Position numbers and translations under genes: made by a program. Below, piece by piece: positions 11,901-20,900 of a stretch of DNA of 64,000 nucleotides (position 1 is the first letter of the stretch; each line of letters begins with the position of its first letter). Under the pieces are notes generated by a model, which saw only the letters and a list, made by a program, of their open reading frames with translations, was not told the DNA's origin and did not search any database. Origin of the DNA: Strigamia acuminata. Lineage: Eukaryota. The stretch lies in the NCBI GenBank assembly GCA_949358305.1, contig OX442314.1:26598001-26662000 (forward strand). Direction: 5' to 3'.

Positions 11901-14900
11901 ACATCTAAGTTGATTCGTAACAAACATGGCGAGCCTGACAGGATTCGCTCTCACCTATAAGGCTTAAACGTGCAAAAAGGTTAGTTTTTTGAGTTATTTA
12001 TTTAATCATTTCACATTTTCTTCATCATGTCGAGACAGTTGGGAGGTGACGGAATTCGTCCCGTCACGCGCGATCCATTTGATTTCAGTGAGCTAGAAAT
12101 GGAGCAGGAATGGCAACAGTCCGAACGGAGGAGTGGTGTTCGCCGGGAAGAAGAAAGGGAATTTCGAGAGTGGCAGCAACACAACCAATTACGAAGAAGT
12201 CGTATCGAACAACAGGAAACGCTTGTGAGTATTGCGCAACAACAGCCAGCCCCATCAAATCATATCACGACAATGGCTGTCGTAAATTCACGAGCGCAAC
12301 CTCAAGTAAATTTTGCCACGTCGACACCCGCTGACTTTTTGGCGGCACCATCTTTTTTCGATTCAGCTCAGCCTAGAGCATTAGTAGACCCCGTCACATT
12401 AAATACGGAAGGTTTGCTGATGTCCGACTTGCGCAACCAATACTATGCTCAAACACGAGGTCTAGTAAATGAGATTCGCGAAATATTCCAACAAGGCCCT
12501 CGCTCTCTACAAACAGGGACCGCACGGTCTTTGGACGGTGGATCCTCTCATGGCTCCATAAGAGTTAAAGGCACCTCGGCGCCATATGATTTAGGACTTC
12601 CCGCAGCATGTCCGCACCAGTATCGGGAAGTTGAACATCGAGGCCAGCAGACGAGAACGTCCGCGCAGGCTGCGCAAATTGTTTACACAACAACTACGCC
12701 GCCAATGCCGGCGATGGCAACGATCTACACCCAGGCTCCATCACAGGAACCTGCTCAATTGGATTCAACAACACGAGCAAATCGAGATTTAATGAGCTCG
12801 ATGCTATACTCCAAGATGGGATACCCTCGGGATAGATCCGACACCAAGGCAAAGTTGTCACTGCCGTCAGTAAGAGTGCAACACGCAAGTAAAGATAAAA
12901 ATTGTTTCAAGCCTGGAAAACCACCTTTGTTTGATCCAGATAAAGCTGATCTTGATTATATTGATCTTTTTCTTGGGCATTTGTATGCGCACATGTATTC
13001 TATGCAGGCCCCGGTGGATGAATATTTAAAAGTATTTGTCATTCAAGCAACGCGTGGAAGAGCGCAGCGATGGTGGCTATCGCTAAAACCAAAACCAAAA
13101 ACATGGGAGGACTTTGAGATTTTATTTCGACGAGCTTTCGCCATGAATTCGGCAGCGGCCAATGTGAAGCTATCCAAGCGAAAGCAGCGAAATGGAGAAT
13201 CTACGATGTCATTTTTAAGTGAGATTGTATATTATCTTCAAGTTGCAGGATATACCGACCCGGAGCTCCAATGGGAGAAAGCTCAGAACATGATGCAAAC
13301 CGAGGTTGTTCTTCTCTTGCGCGCATGGAACGTAAACTCGCTGGACGAGGCGATCCAAAGAGGAAACGACATCGACAATCGTCTACAGCTGGACACCATT
13401 CGAGCAGACGAATACAAAGATCTGGGTATGGCTGATCAACGAATGCCCTCTCTACGTGATGCGCAGCGCCCCACAGTGCTCAAGGCTGCGGAGAAGTCCA
13501 AAGGAGACGATGTTGTCAAATCTCTCGTGTCCCAGGACGTCAAACGTTTTGCGAGGTATCGAAAACAATTCTTAATCGAGTTAGCTGCAGTTCAGGCGAG
13601 ACCAGAACAATCTCCACCTGTGCAGGAACCTGACTCGAGCAGTAGCAGTAGCGACACGGATGCTGAACCTGAAATTAAGAAGAGCACAGTCGCCGAGGCG
13701 GCTCAGAAGGCAACAATTAAAATAAATTTAGCTGCTCTGACGCCTCCAACAGACGTTCCAAAGGACCATGTGTGCTCCACGTCAATTGTCACGTTTCCAC
13801 CAGCGCCAAAACCACCATTAACTGTCAAATGTCCTGAGAAAGGCACAGCCTGGAGGAAAACACCGAAGGATTGGTGGTATTTGGTCGATACAGCAACTTG
13901 GCATCCGTTGTGCCCCATTTGTTACCAGCCATTTAGGAGACCGGAAAACTCCAAAGGCCTGAAGTTCGGGAAGCCGGTGGAACCAGGCCGCAAATGAGTC
14001 GACCGGCCTTTCGCGCAAAACGTCTGAAATCCAAACGACGCGCTTCACCTTTAATTAACTTGAAAGAGGATAATCCTTCACAGGTTAATTCAACAACAAC
14101 TCCTACTGTTATTACTCTTTCAGAGTATAAACCTGTAAGTAGTGTTATTTCATCATCACCTTCCATTATCACATCAGCTACAAAGGCGTCAGATCTGCAG
14201 ACTGCCGTTTCTGAAGCTGTAAAGGACAAATTGCCGAAATTAACAGATTTGCAACCTGTAATTTCGAAGAAAAACTCGAAAGTGACAATAGTGAGTAAAA
14301 TTACTAAAACTTTACCAATAATTAAGTCTACTTCCAGTGCAACAACGACTGAGGCTCCAAAGGAAGTGATCTCTCCTATGAAGGTATCTTTCGTAATGTT
14401 AACGCCAGAGGAACTTAAGGATACACAAGAACCCATCATTGAGATAACGCGCGGGGATCGTTTGTGCAAGAAAGCACCTTGCGTAAAGATTTCCTGGGCT
14501 AATGTAGCTTGTACTGCGCTTCTGGACTCAGGCGCACAAACTTGTGTAATGAGTGAGGACGTGTTCCAACAACTACACGAAAAAATGGGTTTGGACTTCG
14601 TGAATCTCCATGAGCGGGTGCAGGTCGCGTCTGGTGACATAGTAGATTCCACCAAGTCAATGCAGCTCGCTTTGCGCGCCCCAATAGGCATAATAAAATT
14701 CATTTGCATGGTTTTACCCGATGCTAAAATGGATATGCTCCTTGGACGTGATTTCTGCACAGCGGCCGGAATCGACATCGACCATGCGAGACAGCAGTGG
14801 AGCATGGTGGGCTCAAATGAGATTCGCAAATTCATGACTTATGAAGAAGCAAAAAAGTCAGAGTCAATTCTGGTTTTGCCATTTGCGCCAGAGGAAACGC

Positions 14901-17900
14901 AGGATCCATCTAACCCGCCGGCGGCCATTAGTGAGATCGTTCCGACAAAAATACTAAAGAAACCGGATCCGGTGAGTGAAATTAATTGCCTCCTCCTGGC
15001 GCATAGACCTTTGCAACAAGAAATATTCGAGTATCCACATGACGATGCGCGTTATCGAGTTAAACAAATTCGACATCGTGCGCAGCGCAAATGGTCGAAT
15101 ATTTGGTCTCCAAAGAGGAAAGAAACTTCTAAAATCCCTCCCAAGTTAAAAAAGACAATTTCACGTAAATTAACTTTGAGTCAGTTCCGACGATTACGAC
15201 GTTTACGACGAAAAATCAATGTTATTCGCCCAATTGCCAAACAACTCATTGCGCAACGTGCTAAGGACATCAATGCCAAGAAGGAGTCGAAAATCAACGT
15301 CACTTCGACTGCGCAACCTGACAATGGTGAGAATAACTCTAAAATGAACATTAATGACATTAATTTTCTTCAGTACCAACCCAGTGGGGATCCGACCGAT
15401 TTGGATTGGATTTACCACCAGTTGTGGAACAAGTTAACGGTGCCACAGATAAAACTATTAATAAAAACATTGCAGCCCATTTCGCAAATATTTCGTGAAG
15501 AAATTGGTTTATGTAACAACACCGAGTACGAGGTGAACCTGAAACCGGATTTCCGGCCAATTCATGTTCCAGTGCGCCCGGTAAACCCTGCGAAAAAGGC
15601 GATAATTGATATATATATCGACAAAAAGCTGCAGCAAGGTATTATTCGGCGATCCCAAAGTGATTGCGCCGTTGCTCCTGTCGTCGTACCGAAGAAAACA
15701 GGCGAATGGAGAACTGCTATGGATTTTCGCCCCATCAATGCGCAAACAATTCCGGATGTTTATCCTCTTCCGGACATTGATAACATCTTCGCATATTTAG
15801 GAGGTGCGCATTGGTTCTCAATCATCGATGGACGCGAAGCCTTCCATCAGATCGGCGTGCGCAAAGGTGACGAACGGTATTTAGCTATTATAACACATCG
15901 AGGTTTATTCGAATATGTGCGCATGCCTTTCGGACCTATCAACGGACCCGCTACACTCCAACGAGCGATGAATAAGACTCTTGCAAAGTATCTTTACAAA
16001 TTTGTGTTTGTGTATATTGATGACGTGATTATTTTTAGCCGAACTTTCGAGGAACACGTGCAACATCTGCGCCTCGTATTAGAGGAATTGTTCAACGCTG
16101 GTTTCACCATGAATGCCAACAAGACCGAGCTTTGCCAAAAAAGACTCGAGGTCTTGGGTCACATCGTGGAATCAAGCCAAATTACACCAAATCCGAAGAA
16201 AGTGGTTGCTATTCAAAATTATCCCGCGCCAACCAACTTGCGCGAATTACAACGATTTAAAGGCATGGTAGGATATTACCAATTTTTTATTGCGAACTTT
16301 TCCAAAATTAGCGAAGTTTTCCGACCATTGCTCAAAAAAGACGCAGTCTGGATTTGGACAGATGCGCAACAACTTGCATTTGAGTATCTGAAAGACCAAA
16401 TTGCTATTCCCACTTTAAAAAGACGTTTTCCCAGTTGGAAAAAACCATTTATATTGCAAACCGATGCTAGTTATTCTGGATTAGGTGCTGCCTTAATGCA
16501 ACTTAACGATGAAGGTGTAAGAATTCCAATCGCATTTGCTTCACGCGCATTAAACAGCGCTGAAAAGAATTATAAGGTGACCGAGATCGAATGCTTGGCC
16601 GCGGTTTGGGGTGTCAAACGTTTTCGCGCATACCTCGAGATGATGCCATTCTACCTCGAGAGCGATCATCAATCTCTTAAATGGTTATTTCAGCAAAGAG
16701 AACCAACTGGACGTTTAGCCCGTTGGGTATTATCGTTAAGTGATTATAAATTCACGTTTTTGCACTGCTCAGGATGCAAAAACAAGGTGGCAGATGCACT
16801 GAGTCGAGCTCCTGTCGATCCACCTGAAGTCGACGACGAAGATGACAGCCCGGAGGTCGACGAGGCGTGCTATCTTGCCTATTTTGATGATTGCAACGAG
16901 TGGCCGGCACTTAACATCATAAAGGAATTGCCAAAAAACATTAATTTGCAGTTTCGAAAATTGTTTAAATCTAAATTTAAGAAAGTGCCTCTCATTGCAG
17001 CATCTTCACCAACTAAAAAGAAAAATAAAAGAAAATCTCTTATTCCTCGACCGACTGGTAAGGGTAAAAGGACTAGAAATGCGCCAACTTCAGGTGCGCA
17101 AATTCCATCTCCAACTGACGTAGCTACTACTCCAACAACGGTACCGCCGCCTACTATCCCTCCAGCTGCGCCGACACCAGTTGTGCAACCAACTGTAACA
17201 TCAAATATGCCAGTTCCAGTTGCGCAACCAACTTCACAAGTAAAGACTCCTAATTTATCACCAGTTCGTGTTTCAGTGCCTTTACGGACTCGTAGACAGC
17301 GCTCTTTGATTCCAATTTTGATTAAGAAACGAGGAAGACCACGCAAAATTAATATTGTGCCAATTTTGTCTCCACGCGCCAAGCGCGCAATAGCAACACG
17401 AACTCAAGCTAGATTAAAGGATCCATCTTTAATTCCTAAAACACCACCATGGCTACCACCCAGGTATGCAGGAACTATCAAAAAATGGACATTTCCAAAG
17501 TTATTGAAATCACAACAAGTAGGAAGGTTGAAAGCAGTGAAACGTAAATCCACTATTCCTTCTCATATAGTGAAACCCAAAACCATTCAGATTCCTTTAC
17601 CTATTCCTACCCCTCCTGCAACTCCAATATCCACTCCTATTCCTAGTTCCGTTCCACCTCCAGCAATTATTCCAACTAAAATTCCTGCGCCAATAAATCC
17701 GTCTAGTTTTAGAAAAAGGACTGCTTCGGCGCCATCACAATTGCCGACACCTGGAACTTTGGTGGATAAAATACGACGAAATTTCCGTCGAATCACTGGA
17801 GTCCCTGCACCAATAATTCAACCTGATAGCCATCGAAGGCCTATTCCAAAACCTTCTCCTGAAATTCCAAATTTACCAACTCCTTCACCAACTCCCTCAA

Positions 17901-20900
17901 TTCCTATCACTGATTTTCCTGCTATTTCTCCACGTCAACCTTCTGAACCAGTGATGTATGGCTATGCAGCGGGGCCCTCAGAGCAGCAAAGGCCAGGAGG
18001 TTATACTTCAGACCCGGATTCTGATTCTACATCATCTGAGGACAGTTTTGGACCCTTTCGTGACATGTCGCCGCCGACAAGGAATTATTATGCGCCTCCA
18101 ACATCAGCGCAAAGAACTCCATCGAGATTGCGTCTGCGACGGGAAAGGACAGTAATTGAGGATACAAGAACTGAAGTAGAGAAGCAAGCCGAACTGGAGC
18201 ACGATCCACCAATCGAACATCCTCCGTTCGAGCTGTTGCCTACTGCTGCTGAAATCATCGCTGCGCAAAGACAGGATCCCTGGTCGCGTGAGTTGATATT
18301 TTATTTAACTGCCCAAATGTTACCACTCGATCCGGATGAGGCTGCTAAAATTGTGGCTGACGCGCAAGATTTCGGCATGTATAAAGAGATGTTATGTCGC
18401 TTCCCTCCCGTCCATATTAATGAAATTAGGAAAAGGCGCCAAATATATCTCCCATTTGAACTTAGAGAAAGATATTTCCGCGCAATGCACTATCCACCCG
18501 TAGTTGGACATATGGGACAAGAACGAATACTCCATCGCATTAAATCGCGCGTATTTTGGCCAAAAATGCGCGAGGATATCAGAACATGGATCCAGGTATG
18601 CGAAGCGTGTCAAAGAGCTAAACCCCTTAACAGACTCCCATATGGAAAAATGATAATGTCCAGATCGCGCCATCTTTTCTCTGCCATCTACATCGACTAT
18701 TACGGCAAAAAACCTCGATCTACAGAAGGGCATTGTTATGCCTTTGTGATGGTGGACTCTGCTAGTCGATGGCTTGATGTGCGCTTAACCGAGAACTCAA
18801 ATATCGCCACTACGGTGAAACAAATCCAGAAATTCTGCAAAAGATGGGGTTTTCCCAAAATAATTATCAGCGATAATGCGCCTGCTTTTCGCTCACCAGA
18901 ATTTCGTAGCCAAATCCAGCAACTTGGCGCAATAAACAGATATACCGCCGCATATCACCCGCAAGGTAATATTGCGGAAAGGCTTAACCAATCATTAAAG
19001 AACTGTATATTAGCATATATTGATGATGACCATACTAGATGGGACGTCAACATTGGCTATTTCGTAATGTCGTAAGTCCTAAACGTGACTTTGTGTGCGC
19101 AAGTTTTTTGCAAATTGAAGTTGGGAGATCGTATTAATGGGCGCTTCATAAAATTCCTCCGCTTCGGCGTTGAGTTGAAGGACTTGATACGAGGATCCTG
19201 GTGATTTGCGAATACTTTGTGCGCACATCAACCTACTATTCATCATTATTTTGTGTTTTCATCATCGTTTAACCCGAATTGTGTCCAAAATGCGCCGCCA
19301 GATCGTGGATCTCTGGTAAATGCCCTAGTAAAATATCTCCGCATTTGTGCGTTGAGTTTGGGCCGGCCTGCATTTAAATATCTACATGGTATCCACAAAA
19401 CTTCATCATTTCTGAATTTTCATCATTTTCCCGTTCCGCCGTGCAATTCCATTGATGAGGCGCTCCGTAAAACATCTTTCGAGTTGGAGGACTTAATGGA
19501 AGGAGCTTGGGCAGCGGTAATGTGTTGATTTGAAGAACAAACAATTATTATTAGTGTTATTCGTATTAATCGTTATTATTTTTGCGCAAGTTTTCTACTG
19601 TGATAATTCTCACTGATAATTTATATTTTTGTTTAATTATTTTTACGTTTTTAGTGCTTTAGAATCGGACAATTGGATTTTTAGTGCTACAATTATATTT
19701 TATTTAAGTGCAATTATGATTTTGATAATTTTTCTAGTTATATTATTGATATATTTATTTTGTTTCAATATCTTTTTGTGCTATAATCATTCCAGAATTA
19801 CCTTCATTTAATTATGATAAATCTTCCGAAGTTTAGGAATTTAATTCTATTTAATTTCAGTTAATCTTTATTTTAGCGCAATTATTCTGGAATGATTCAA
19901 GTTAGTATTTAATGTTTTCACTTATTTAATGAATGTTTTTTCATAATTATTTATCATTTAATCAAGATTATTGTGATATTTAACTAATTTTTCATGATTG
20001 CTTTAATTCTGTGATATTTTAGATCAACGTGTTTGAATTCCGTGGCAATACAAGTTGTATTGTGCGCGCGGGTATTTGTTGTGTTTCTAATATTATATTT
20101 TTTGTTTTCCATTCCAATCATAGAATTAATAACCTAAATTATCTTTGCGCTAAGTTTCGCGCATCCATTTAAAAGTTCCTATTAACCTGAAATCATACTT
20201 ACCTTATGCAGGTTGCATAATTTTGTACCTTACCTTTATTTTGTGTTTGTTTTGCGCAATTACGCGCATCCTATCATAACATAATACCCAATCTGAAAAT
20301 TAATAAATCCCATTACGATTCCTGATAAATCTCATGTGTCGGCTATTTATTTTCGTTTAAATTTAAAATTGTTTATTTTTATTCGTTGATTTTGAAACGA
20401 GAAAAATGTTTATTTATGCAAAAAGTAAAAAGTAAAAGTGTTTAAAGTTTTTATTACATAAAATGTTTGGGTAAAATGTATAGACTCTCGTCCGTCCTAG
20501 GTTTCGTCGGCCCCTTTAGATTTAGTGTTCGCCCTCCTTGTGTCGTCCCTGTTTCGTCTTGTGATTTCGAGTAGAATGATTTAAATTTTACCATTGTGAC
20601 TTTACAGAAAAAATTTGGTTCAAATTTATTTTCGAAAGCCATGGTGATTTATTGATTCTTTAACTTTAATAATTTAATTGATCTTTGATATTTAATCTAG
20701 TATTGTTTAACTTTTGCATTATTTTAGACAGAGTTGTTAAGTCTTTGCGCAGACGCGCATTAATTTTGTTTAATTTATTTTAGTTTATTTTTGTTTATTT
20801 TTTGAAAATTTGTATAATTTTTGCGCATAGCGCATTATTATTGTATGACTTTCCTTGTCTCTTATCCTTTTATTCCCTTCGATAAATCTTGAATAATAAA

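Noticed and set aside
13933..14835. 300-aa antisense ORF over Gypsy-A pol
   Set aside because: No recognisable motifs; consistent with an antisense shadow of a codon-biased coding strand.
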